DNA of 64,000 nucleotides from a virus, in the IMG/VR virus record IMGVR_UViG_3300017783_000001; one strand, given 5' to 3'. Below the pieces are notes generated by a model, which saw nothing but the letters and a program-made list of their open reading frames with translations, was not told the origin of the DNA and ran no database searches. Positions within the stretch are counted from its first letter, which is position 1. Each line of letters begins with the position of its first letter. The translations under genes were made by a program, and so were the position numbers. This document shows, in pieces, positions 46,464 to 54,628 of this stretch.

Positions 46464-46855
46464 TTTCTTTTTCTCCCACCCTTATTTAAGGATTTTTTTA
46501 TATGTTCAATATCGTTTTTAGTCAATATGCTTAGAGCGGTTTTAGCTTTCTCATTACTATAGCCATAATACTCTTTTACATAGTCTAAATCTTTAAGCTT
46601 TTCTGCTTTCATCCATTTCGCAAAACGCTTTTTCTTTCTTACTATATTTAGTAAAAAATGATATTGCATATTATTGGGAAGAAAATGATACCCATTCATT
46701 TCGTTGGCAGCGATTAAGGTATCATAATGATAAGATAAACACTTGTTTACTATAAACGCAGGATACTTCTTTTCCCAAGTCAAGTCTTCGGTGTTCATCA
46801 CATCCTGTTTAGTAAAGTTAATACTATTCAGGTATTCTTTGAGTTCGTAAGCCAT
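46460..46855 (-). CDS. gp62: Clamp loader small subunit
   Basis: YPAFIVN, ANEMN, KEYYGYSNEKA. Confidence 0.93.
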   Translation of the reverse strand: MAYELKEYLNSINFTKQDVMNTEDLTWEKKYPAFIVNKCLSYHYDTLIAANEMNGYHFLPNNMQYHFLLNIVRKKKRFAKWMKAEKLKDLDYVKEYYGYSNEKAKTALSILTKNDIEHIKKSLNKGGRKRK

Positions 46856-47799
46856 TATTTAAACTTACAATTTGCCATTATCTCGGTAAGACAAGCGACC
46901 ATATTGATTTCTTGGTCTGCGACAAAAGCCGCCTTGTACTGATAACCAGCGATAACTAAAACTGCCTGTGGTATAGATTTAGGATCAAGTGCTTTCTGCA
47001 ATACTTCGTATATATTACGGAACATACTTGTAGGTTCTTTATCTATGTTTTGAATAACCCACTTTCGCATATCATTAAATCTTTTTTCTTTTAATGTAGC
47101 GACTAGTTCTTTGTTATTTGCTTCAGATAATGTAAATAAAATACCACTATCAATCTTACCTCTTACAGAATATCTTTGAAGTTCATTGATAGTCCGTCTG
47201 AAATCAGGAAAGTATTTAATAATAAGTTCTGCCAAAACTTTCTTATCAAAAGGAATAGATTGTTCATCTAATACTTTACCTAATCTAATCATCATAGCGT
47301 CAGCACACTTCTTCTTTTGTCCGTTGACAATTTTAAAGTCTACTACCGTACAACGACTATGTAATGGTGGTATGATTTTGTTTTTGAAATTACAAGTTAG
47401 AATAAATCTACAATTGTTATGGAATTCTTCCATAAATGCTCTCATTGCAGGTTGTACAGAATCAGCATTTGTATAATCTGCTTCATCTATAATAACTACT
47501 TTATGATTAGCGTCTTCTGTTAAAGACACCGTACTTGCAAAGTTCTTAATTTTAGTTCTTAATGTATCAATTTGTCTACCTTCATCTGAACCATTGATGA
47601 TAAGATAATCACATTTTAACTCTTCACATAAGGCACGAGCAACCGTTGTCTTACCTGTACCTGCTGTACCTGATAAGAGTAGATTTGGTATCTCGCCTTG
47701 TTTTAAAAAGTTTTGAAAAGTTGATTTTATATCTTCTGGTAAGATACACTCTTCAATTTTCTTCGGTCGGTATTTCTCAACCCACAAAAAGTCTGCCAT
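46855..47799 (-). CDS. gp44: Clamp loader large subunit
   Basis: LWVEKYRP, GTGKTT, IIDEAD, LHSRC, PDFRR. Confidence 0.97.
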   Translation of the reverse strand: MADFLWVEKYRPKKIEECILPEDIKSTFQNFLKQGEIPNLLLSGTAGTGKTTVARALCEELKCDYLIINGSDEGRQIDTLRTKIKNFASTVSLTEDANHKVVIIDEADYTNADSVQPAMRAFMEEFHNNCRFILTCNFKNKIIPPLHSRCTVVDFKIVNGQKKKCADAMMIRLGKVLDEQSIPFDKKVLAELIIKYFPDFRRTINELQRYSVRGKIDSGILFTLSEANNKELVATLKEKRFNDMRKWVIQNIDKEPTSMFRNIYEVLQKALDPKSIPQAVLVIAGYQYKAAFVADQEINMVACLTEIMANCKFK

Positions 47800-47922
47800 A
47801 ATATATTCTCCATAATTTAAATTGTACCTTGTAATAGATTAAGTACAAGTGATAACGCTATCAAAAAGCAAGCGATACCACTTACACCAATTACATACTT
47901 GATTGCGATTTTAACTTTACTA

Positions 47923-48591
47923 TTAAAATTCACTTTCAGGCTCTAATGCAATCCAGTATTGTACTGGTCTTGTTCTATTAACAAAATGTGAAATCTTTTG
48001 TTTTGAGATTGCCACATCATAGTCATCTGATAACATTTTAAAGTTTTCTGCTTTGAAGAACGCTTTAAATGTTTTGTCAGTAGTGCCTACTTGGATATCA
48101 AACTTGTTAGAAGCTTTATTCTTTCTGTCTTCTGCAACAAGTGTCATATTTTTACCATCACCAACAACTGAAATGTCAGGTAAGTTAAGAGTAACCACAC
48201 CTTTCATTAATCTCTCCATATCTGCTTTCTTAAATAAGAAAGATACTTCTGTATCTGGCATAGAGATTGTTTTGGTAGGTGCAACGATAACAGATTCATC
48301 AGCAAAAGTATATTTACTTTGTGACCTTCCGTCTTTACCAGAAATACCTACACTAGAACCACCATTGAATTTTAAGTTAGGTGTCTCAAATAAGTCAACC
48401 GTTCTTAAAAACTCTGGTAAGTCATAGATTGCAAACTGCTGGTCAAAGTCTTCTTTAATATCTGCTGTTGCTAGAATATTTTTCATAGTAGAAATTGTAT
48501 TTAATTTCTTACCAGGTTTAATCAAAATATTCTGATTTATATTTGCAAAGTTTTTAAGCAATGCAAGCGTGTCGTTAGATAAGTTCATCAT
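47923..48591 (-). CDS. gp45: Sliding clamp
   Basis: LKNFANIN, FAIYDLPEFL, YWIALE. Confidence 0.95.
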   Translation of the reverse strand: MMNLSNDTLALLKNFANINQNILIKPGKKLNTISTMKNILATADIKEDFDQQFAIYDLPEFLRTVDLFETPNLKFNGGSSVGISGKDGRSQSKYTFADESVIVAPTKTISMPDTEVSFLFKKADMERLMKGVVTLNLPDISVVGDGKNMTLVAEDRKNKASNKFDIQVGTTDKTFKAFFKAENFKMLSDDYDVAISKQKISHFVNRTRPVQYWIALEPESEF

Positions 48592-48617
48592 ATATTCTCC
48601 TTTGTCATTATTAGAAC

Positions 48618-48646
48618 ATTATATATCATAGTATCGTCTTTGTCAA
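48618..48646 (-). promoter_or_regulatory. Sigma70-type promoter for the replication operon
   Basis: TTGACA-N17-TATAAT. Confidence 0.85.
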
Positions 48647-48650
48647 TAGC

Positions 48651-49196
48651 CTATTCACTTTGTCGTAAATAGTCTAACATCTTCTCTGGAGTTGTTTCTT
48701 CATAAGGGTCGTCATCTTTTCCTTCATTGTTGATACCTGCTTCTTGGAACCATTTCTCAACAACGCCGTTATTAATAACTGCCATATATCTCCAACTTCT
48801 ATTACCGAAACCTAAATGGTTCTTACCAATTAGCATTCCCATAAATCTTGTAAAGTTTCCAGAACCATCTGGAATGAATTTTACTTTTTCAATGCCCATA
48901 TGGTCTGCCCAGGCATTCATTACAAAACTATCATTTACTGAAATACAATAAACTTCATCTATTGTAAACTTTGTGATAGTATCATATAGTTCTTCAAACC
49001 CTGGCAACTGCTGACTTGAACAAGTCGGAGTAAATGCACCAGGTAGACTGAATAATACAACTCTTTTATTTTTGAAATAATCGTTTGTTGTCTTATTCAA
49101 CCATTGACCACCGATAGCACAACCGCCATCAGTTTCTACTTCGTCACCTTCTCTTACTCTAAAAGTGACCTTTGGTATCTTCATTTCATTTTTCAT
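48651..49196 (-). CDS. Peroxiredoxin (Prx5 type)
   Basis: PGAFTPTCS, SVND.FVM.AW, RSWRY. Confidence 0.93.
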   Translation of the reverse strand: MKNEMKIPKVTFRVREGDEVETDGGCAIGGQWLNKTTNDYFKNKRVVLFSLPGAFTPTCSSQQLPGFEELYDTITKFTIDEVYCISVNDSFVMNAWADHMGIEKVKFIPDGSGNFTRFMGMLIGKNHLGFGNRSWRYMAVINNGVVEKWFQEAGINNEGKDDDPYEETTPEKMLDYLRQSE

Positions 49197-49249
49197 ATTA
49201 TTCCTTTTGTAATTCTCTATAATATAACATAACTAAACAATTAAGTCAA

Positions 49250-49292
49250 TAGGCGATGGTTGAATTCTATCTGGCGCACTTCCCATCGCCTA
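49250..49292 (-). terminator. Perfect 10-bp stem with a large loop downstream of hsp20
   Basis: UAGGCGAUGG/CCAUCGCCUA, abutting the TTGACT -35 of the prx promoter. Confidence 0.55.
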
Positions 49293-49350
49293 TGTAAACC
49301 GTTCTCCTTTGTGTATGTTATTAAGTAATATCCGAATCTAATTCTGCGAC

Positions 49351-49797
49351 TTACTTAATTTTGATTGTTCTAGGTTTTTTACTATCTGGAACAATCTTCT
49401 CTAAACTGACTTTTAAAAGTCCGTCTTTGAGTTCAGCACCTTTGATTTCTACATCATCAGCGATTGTGAAAGACCTACTAAAATGTCTTTTCGCAATACC
49501 TTTGTGTAAAACTTCAGGTCCTTTTTTATCACTCTCTTCTTTATGTAAAGATTTGATAGATAAAACACTATCAGCATAATCAACAGAAACATCTGATTTA
49601 GAATATCCTGCTAATGCTAATTCAATATCGTAAGTAAAGTCTCCAGTCTTTACGATATTATATGGTGGAAAGTTTGGGACTCTATTACCGAAGTCTGTAG
49701 TATCTAACATAGTTTCAAAACTATTAAATACATCATCAAACCCTACGGTCATAGGTCTTAAATTGTTAAAAAATGAAATTGCTCTGTGATTGGTCAT
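49351..49797 (-). CDS. hsp20: Small heat shock protein (IbpA-like)
   Basis: FPPYNI, IELALAG, HKGIA.R.F.RSF, A.LKDGLL. Confidence 0.95.
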   Translation of the reverse strand: MTNHRAISFFNNLRPMTVGFDDVFNSFETMLDTTDFGNRVPNFPPYNIVKTGDFTYDIELALAGYSKSDVSVDYADSVLSIKSLHKEESDKKGPEVLHKGIAKRHFSRSFTIADDVEIKGAELKDGLLKVSLEKIVPDSKKPRTIKIK

Positions 49798-49860
49798 TAT
49801 GAACCTCCTTATTAGTAAGCAAAGTTAATGTTAAGAGAACCCATTATGGCGTTCTCATAG
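49798..49860 (-). promoter_or_regulatory. ROSE-like RNA thermometer in the hsp20 5' UTR
   Basis: 5' hairpin GAGAAC/GUUCUC, then AACUUUGCUUA-CUAA-UAAGGAGGUU: UUGCU paired to the SD with a bulged G. Confidence 0.75.
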
Positions 49861-49861
49861 T

Positions 49862-49893
49862 TATTTATATAATCATTATATCTCATTTGTCAA
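49862..49893 (-). promoter_or_regulatory. Overlapping late (TATAAATA) and sigma70 (-35 TTGACA) promoter of hsp20
   Basis: TTGACA at 49888-93, TATAAATA at 49862-69. Confidence 0.7.
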
Positions 49894-49911
49894 GTCTTTC
49901 AAATAAATTAA

Positions 49912-50095
49912 GTGGTGGTTTCTTTTAATTGTGTACCACCAAAACAATCAGCGCTTTAGGTTCAGAATTTAGAGAGCAGAACCAGAGGTAACTTAATACC
50001 TAACTTACTCTAGCGACACCGTATTTAATGTTCTATCTACATTGGGTAATTACGGCACCCTATATCCTCTAATAGGTCTTATGAATTGCCTATCA
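49912..50095 (-). ncRNA. Candidate multi-stem structured RNA between rpsU and hsp20
   Basis: About six stems, with G-U pairs that work only on the minus strand; 3' GGUGGU/ACCACC hairpin with a possible pseudoknot. Confidence 0.55.
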
Positions 50096-50138
50096 GTATT
50101 ATATATACACTCACAATCGGTGAGGAGGATAATTCCAT

Positions 50139-50348
50139 CTAAAAGCCTCTTTGTGCTTTTAATTTCTTTTGTTTCTTCTTCCAGGCAGCAGCCATTTCTT
50201 TATTCTTACGGATCCTTTTATCACTAGGTTTCTCGTAATATTGTCTTTGGCGTATCTCCTTGACTAGTCCTTCTTTAGCAACTTTTTTCTTAAGCACTCT
50301 CATTGCTTGTTCCAAGTTACCATTACGAACGGTTACAAGTATACTCAA
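50139..50348 (-). CDS. rpsU: Ribosomal protein bS21
   Basis: VRNGNLEQAMRVLKKK..KEG...R..YEKPS. Confidence 0.92.
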   Translation of the reverse strand: MSILVTVRNGNLEQAMRVLKKKVAKEGLVKEIRQRQYYEKPSDKRIRKNKEMAAAWKKKQKKLKAQRGF

Positions 50349-50350
50349 AC

Positions 50351-50650
50351 TTATTTACCTCCTTTCAAGGTATTGTCTTCACTACTCATTAATAATATAA
50401 CATAATGGATTGCTTTCAGCAAATCCTTTCTGTTTCTTCCTGCTTTCTTACCATACCTGCAAAGATACTTAATAGCATTTGCTTGGCAAAAATCTTTATC
50501 TACATTCAAGTGTCTTAACATATCTTGCACTTGAAAACCATCTTTGGTTGTACTATAATGTTCACCATATGTGCTTTCAACATATGTTTTAATTTCTTTT
50601 ATAATTTTATCTTCATTGTATTTCATAATGTACCTTCTATTTATATTCAA
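50351..50650 (-). CDS. DUF3310-like protein
   Basis: STYGEHY, FCQANAIKYLCRYGKK, DLLKAIHY; probable start MKYNE. Confidence 0.8.
   Translation of the reverse strand: MNINRRYIMKYNEDKIIKEIKTYVESTYGEHYSTTKDGFQVQDMLRHLNVDKDFCQANAIKYLCRYGKKAGRNRKDLLKAIHYVILLMSSEDNTLKGGK
50638..50645 (-). promoter_or_regulatory. T4-type late promoter for the DUF3310-rpsU unit
   Basis: TATAAATA just downstream of a terminator. Confidence 0.65.
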
Positions 50651-50661
50651 ATTACTAGTGT

Positions 50662-50693
50662 AAAAAATGGAGAGAGGCCACTACACCTCTCCC
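50662..50693 (-). terminator. Rho-independent terminator after the AAA ATPase
   Basis: GGAGAGG/CCUCUCUCC stem followed by a U6 tract. Confidence 0.75.
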
Positions 50694-50719
50694 CAAGGAC
50701 CACACTATGAATAGATTTA

Positions 50720-52003
50720 TTAGACGAAGTCCTCTTCGGATTCGTCATCTTCCTCACTATCATTGGACATCATTTGTTCCTTTAATGCTGTGTCTTTCTG
50801 CTCTTGAGCAATACTCTCGGCAGTAGCACCGGCATCCACTTTCGTGTACAAGTCAACAAAAGAAGCTTTTGTATCGTTATCAAATCTATTAGTACATAGT
50901 TCAATCGCCTTCATCTTATTTCCAAAGATTGAATAAGCTTGTACAATGTGTACTAATCTTCTTGTACTGATAATCTCATCAACCCCACCGTCAAAGTAGG
51001 TCTTTCTGATTACATCAGCCCAAGTTGATAACTTCTCAACATACTGAACATCTTTCTTACCTGATTGAGCAAGAGTGTTGTTAAGTATTTTTTGTTCAGT
51101 TTTAGCAGATGGATACTGCTGTTCAAAGGTAACTGGAAATCTTTCTAGGAAAGCTTCGTTCAGTATGTTAGTACCGATAAACTTACCATCATCACTTCCT
51201 TGACCTTTAGTATTAGCAGTAGCGACTACATTGAAACCAGCACTTGGTTTAACGAATTTGTTAATCTTCTTAACATAAACTCCGTTACCTTCAAGGATTG
51301 GTTGTAGACACATAATCTTGTTAGAAGCAAGGTCAACTTCATCAAGGAGCAATATTGCACCTCTCTCCATCGCCTCAATAACAGGACCATTCTGCCAAAC
51401 GGTTTGACCGTCTCTTAATCTGTAACCTCCAAGTAAATCATCTTCATCGGTTTCAATTGTAATGTTTACTCTTATCAGTTCTCTCTTTGCCTCAGCGGCA
51501 GCTTGAACAACTGAAAAAGTTTTACCATTACCAGATAGACCGGTTATGAATATTGGATAAAATTGTTTTGACTTAACAATGTTTCTAACATCAGGATGAT
51601 TTCCGAAAGGAACGAAAGTAGCGTCTTTGTTCGGAACAAGGTTATCAACTAAAGACGAAACAACATACGCAGCTTCAGAAACTTTAGTAGTCTCTTCAAC
51701 TTTTGGTATTGTTGGTGTTTCAGTTGCCTTATCATTTAAGACATTAGGCATTGTAATTGGAGTAGCAGTTGGCACTTCGCCATTCGTAGGAATCTTATAA
51801 GTTCCTCTGCCTACTCTTAACTCTGGATTCCTAACTAACCATTGTGGTTTGAAATTCATACCGAGAGATTTAGATACTGATAATAATTCTGCATTATCTA
51901 AAGTATCTTTTTTCGGAAACATCTTTGTACAAGCGTTTACGAATTCTTGTTGTTTTTCATTTAGTGTTATCATAGTGTTTTCCTTTTGTTTCATTTTATA
52001 CAA
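50720..52003 (-). CDS. MoxR/CobS-like AAA+ ATPase
   Basis: GLSGNGKT, DEDDLLGG, LLDEVD, TANTKG, AFLERF; probable start 51973. Confidence 0.9.
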   Translation of the reverse strand: MYKMKQKENTMITLNEKQQEFVNACTKMFPKKDTLDNAELLSVSKSLGMNFKPQWLVRNPELRVGRGTYKIPTNGEVPTATPITMPNVLNDKATETPTIPKVEETTKVSEAAYVVSSLVDNLVPNKDATFVPFGNHPDVRNIVKSKQFYPIFITGLSGNGKTFSVVQAAAEAKRELIRVNITIETDEDDLLGGYRLRDGQTVWQNGPVIEAMERGAILLLDEVDLASNKIMCLQPILEGNGVYVKKINKFVKPSAGFNVVATANTKGQGSDDGKFIGTNILNEAFLERFPVTFEQQYPSAKTEQKILNNTLAQSGKKDVQYVEKLSTWADVIRKTYFDGGVDEIISTRRLVHIVQAYSIFGNKMKAIELCTNRFDNDTKASFVDLYTKVDAGATAESIAQEQKDTALKEQMMSNDSEEDDESEEDFV

Positions 52004-52005
52004 GT

Positions 52006-52048
52006 ATTATACCACACTTAAAAGCATATGTCAAGCGAAAAGTGAGCA
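52006..52048 (-). promoter_or_regulatory. Sigma70 promoter with TGCTC box
   Basis: TGCTC-N7-GCTTGACA-N17-TATAAT. Confidence 0.85.
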
Positions 52049-52093
52049 TTTTTTCATTTTTTTTTACTAAGGTTTTCAACGATTTCTCCCCCA

Positions 52094-54421
52094 TTAGGCA
52101 ACCTGTCTGATAAATTTACTTAACAGCACTCTGGATACCGTTCTGGATTTCATTGATTTGGTAAATATTCTCTTAATATCACCTTTCTTAGCGTCTTCTT
52201 TTAACTCATTAAGGTCAGAATTTTGTACTGACATATCCTTACCATTAATAAGATAAAATTCATTGTAACCGTTTTGAGATACAGCAACTGATTTGTTTTT
52301 TGAAAACTCTTTTTTCAATTGCATTGTTTTTTGTTCTCTCAAAGACCAATCTTTTATGTGTTCAAGTCCAAGGTATCTTTCAAACTCCCAACTTCTTCTA
52401 GTCTTAACAATAAAGAAACCGATAGTTGTAATACCATATTTCTTTTTAAGTCCTTGAAGTAATAAAGCAGTTGTATTACCTTTAGTCTTAATATACTTAC
52501 TACCAATTTTTAGTAATGCTGTCTTACCGTAACCGTCTCTTTTGACAGCAAGTCCATCTTCTGTATTAGTGTAAGTAGACTTGTTATCATTATTTGAGTG
52601 ACCATCGGTCAATGTAATTAATGACATTTTTTCTACTTGATACTTTTGTTTGAACATTGGAATAATCTTATTCATTGCAGCCAAACTTTCATTCAACGGT
52701 GTAGAAGAAAGACAAAATGCTCTTGGAGGATATAGATACTCAACATATCCGTCTCTTCTCCAGTTTCTATTATCTGAATAATGTTTAGCATATGACCACA
52801 AGAACATCATAGATTGCTCAAGGTCTGTTTTCTTTAATGTATGAGAAGCAACTTCTACTAGATTAAAGTCATCAAAGTGAGCGTTACCAACATTATAATT
52901 AAATGACTTTCTTGCTTTTCTAATTTCGTCTCTTTTCATCCAGTTGTAATCATCATCACTATCAATCTTGTCAGCAAAGAAATAAACTTTGAATGGAATA
53001 TTGATTTGTTTTACAAACCAAACTAGTTGACATAATTGTTCAACCGTTTTGTCAATAATAGGTGCCATACTTCCTGACCAATCAAGTAATAAAATCATAC
53101 CGTGGTTTTTAGCGTCAGGAATAACAGACATTCTTTTGAAAATATCTTCTGAAAATTTGTAGTCTTTTAGTTTAAGAGGATCCAAGATACCAGTTTTATC
53201 GGTAGTCATTCTCTTATAACCATCAGCAGACTTTTTCATTTCAAATTCTTTTACAAGGTACTGAATAGTTTTTTTACTATCTCTATGGAATGTTTTAAAT
53301 CTTTCCATATTGTCTTTATATGTGTGAGTATAGTTTTGAGCATTTTTAATATTTCTATTTAACCATTGTTTAGTTGGAATAATAATGTCATCAAGGTTAC
53401 TATCAGGTAAAGTCATATATGAATAACCTCTATGTTCGGTATTCACATAATCTTTTTTAGTATTCTGTTCGGCACTCTCACTAGTAATAGACTTCAAAGG
53501 CATATTGATTTTTACATCTTTACCACCTGCACCGTCTGGATTAGCGTGTTGGTCTTTTACACTAGAAGATTTATCTTCTTTGTCTTCGCCGTCTCCGTTG
53601 TTCTTGTTTTCTCCGTCTTCTGATTTTGATGAGTTGTCTCCTTCTTCTTTTGAAGATTTGTTTCCGTCTTGTTTATTTTCTCCACTCTCCGTCTCTTCGT
53701 TAGATTGGTCAGACGATTGAGATTGAGAAGGTGATTGTGAATTTCCATCAGTTTCTTGTTCCTTTTCTTTTTGTCCGTATGCTTTCACTAGAGGGTGATT
53801 ATCAAAGTCAGGAAGTTTAGATAAATTCTCGTTCATCTTCTTCTGCCAATCAGCAAGTCTCTTAGCAAGTTCAACAACATCTTTGTAAGTTTTAATTTTT
53901 TCTACTTCAGCAAACCAAGTCTTATCAATATCTGATAAATCAAATGATAATGTTTCAGATGATTTGTAAAAAAGGTTAATCTTGTCAATTAACATTAAGT
54001 CTGTATTTAAATTTTTGTCTGAACAACCAAAGAAGTTATCAGCCCATAAGATTTTGAAACCGTCTTGGTAGTCGGCAACTACACCAGGATATTGTTTCTT
54101 AATAATTTTGTCAATTCTGCAATCTTCTAATACATTGATATAATCTCTAATATCACCATTCTCTTCTACTGATTTTTTCCAACCTTTTTGAGGAGTATGT
54201 AAAGCGTGGGCAACTTCGTGGGCAATCAACATATCGTAAACTGCACCTTTTGGATTTTTGAAAACTGGAATAGTAAGTACCCTATCTTCTAAATTAAAAG
54301 AAGCGGTCTGTACATTGTCGTGTTGTACTTGTAGATTTTCTGTTGCTAATAATTTAGCAAGTCCTGATTTTGCGTCAAAATTTATAGTAGTGTTTTTCAT
54401 TAGTGTTGCCTTTTGTTTCAT
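52094..54421 (-). CDS. HExxH metallopeptidase-like + acidic linker + VWA protein (CobT-like partner of the AAA ATPase)
   Basis: HEVAHALHT, NVLED.RI, MIDAS DWSGSM, STPL, TDG. Confidence 0.85.
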   Translation of the reverse strand: MKQKATLMKNTTINFDAKSGLAKLLATENLQVQHDNVQTASFNLEDRVLTIPVFKNPKGAVYDMLIAHEVAHALHTPQKGWKKSVEENGDIRDYINVLEDCRIDKIIKKQYPGVVADYQDGFKILWADNFFGCSDKNLNTDLMLIDKINLFYKSSETLSFDLSDIDKTWFAEVEKIKTYKDVVELAKRLADWQKKMNENLSKLPDFDNHPLVKAYGQKEKEQETDGNSQSPSQSQSSDQSNEETESGENKQDGNKSSKEEGDNSSKSEDGENKNNGDGEDKEDKSSSVKDQHANPDGAGGKDVKINMPLKSITSESAEQNTKKDYVNTEHRGYSYMTLPDSNLDDIIIPTKQWLNRNIKNAQNYTHTYKDNMERFKTFHRDSKKTIQYLVKEFEMKKSADGYKRMTTDKTGILDPLKLKDYKFSEDIFKRMSVIPDAKNHGMILLLDWSGSMAPIIDKTVEQLCQLVWFVKQINIPFKVYFFADKIDSDDDYNWMKRDEIRKARKSFNYNVGNAHFDDFNLVEVASHTLKKTDLEQSMMFLWSYAKHYSDNRNWRRDGYVEYLYPPRAFCLSSTPLNESLAAMNKIIPMFKQKYQVEKMSLITLTDGHSNNDNKSTYTNTEDGLAVKRDGYGKTALLKIGSKYIKTKGNTTALLLQGLKKKYGITTIGFFIVKTRRSWEFERYLGLEHIKDWSLREQKTMQLKKEFSKNKSVAVSQNGYNEFYLINGKDMSVQNSDLNELKEDAKKGDIKRIFTKSMKSRTVSRVLLSKFIRQVA

Positions 54422-54432
54422 TTAATATATAC

Positions 54433-54483
54433 ATAATACCATAGTTCGTAGCATATGTCAAGCACTTTCCGAGCATTATGCTC
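54433..54483 (-). promoter_or_regulatory. Sigma70 promoter with TGCTC box inside a GAGCA-TAA-TGCTC palindrome
   Basis: GAGCATAATGCTC-N7-GCTTGACA-N17-TATTAT. Confidence 0.8.
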
Positions 54484-54560
54484 ATTTTTTTCACTTTTTT
54501 TATCCGTATGGAATATAGGGTTTTGTGTATATCTTATCAATTTCTGCTAAAATCGTCAAA

Positions 54561-54608
54561 AAACGAGGGGCTAGGAGGGCGGACAAGAGGGTTTAGGGAG
54601 CTCCCGTG
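54561..54608. repeat. GC-rich four-G-tract element, copy 2
   Basis: aaacgaGGGGctaggaGGGcggacaagaGGGtttaGGGagctcccgtg. Confidence 0.8.
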
Positions 54609-54628
54609 AGTGTTAGTATCTGCCGGAT

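Noticed and set aside
50720-54421. cobS/cobT as cobalamin-synthesis auxiliary genes
   Set aside because: No cobN or other cob genes in the window; the architecture fits a generic MoxR-VWA pair
54589-54598. GGGTTTAGGG resembling a telomeric repeat, or the G-rich element as a KOPS site
   Set aside because: Single unit only, and there is no exact GGGNAGGG match
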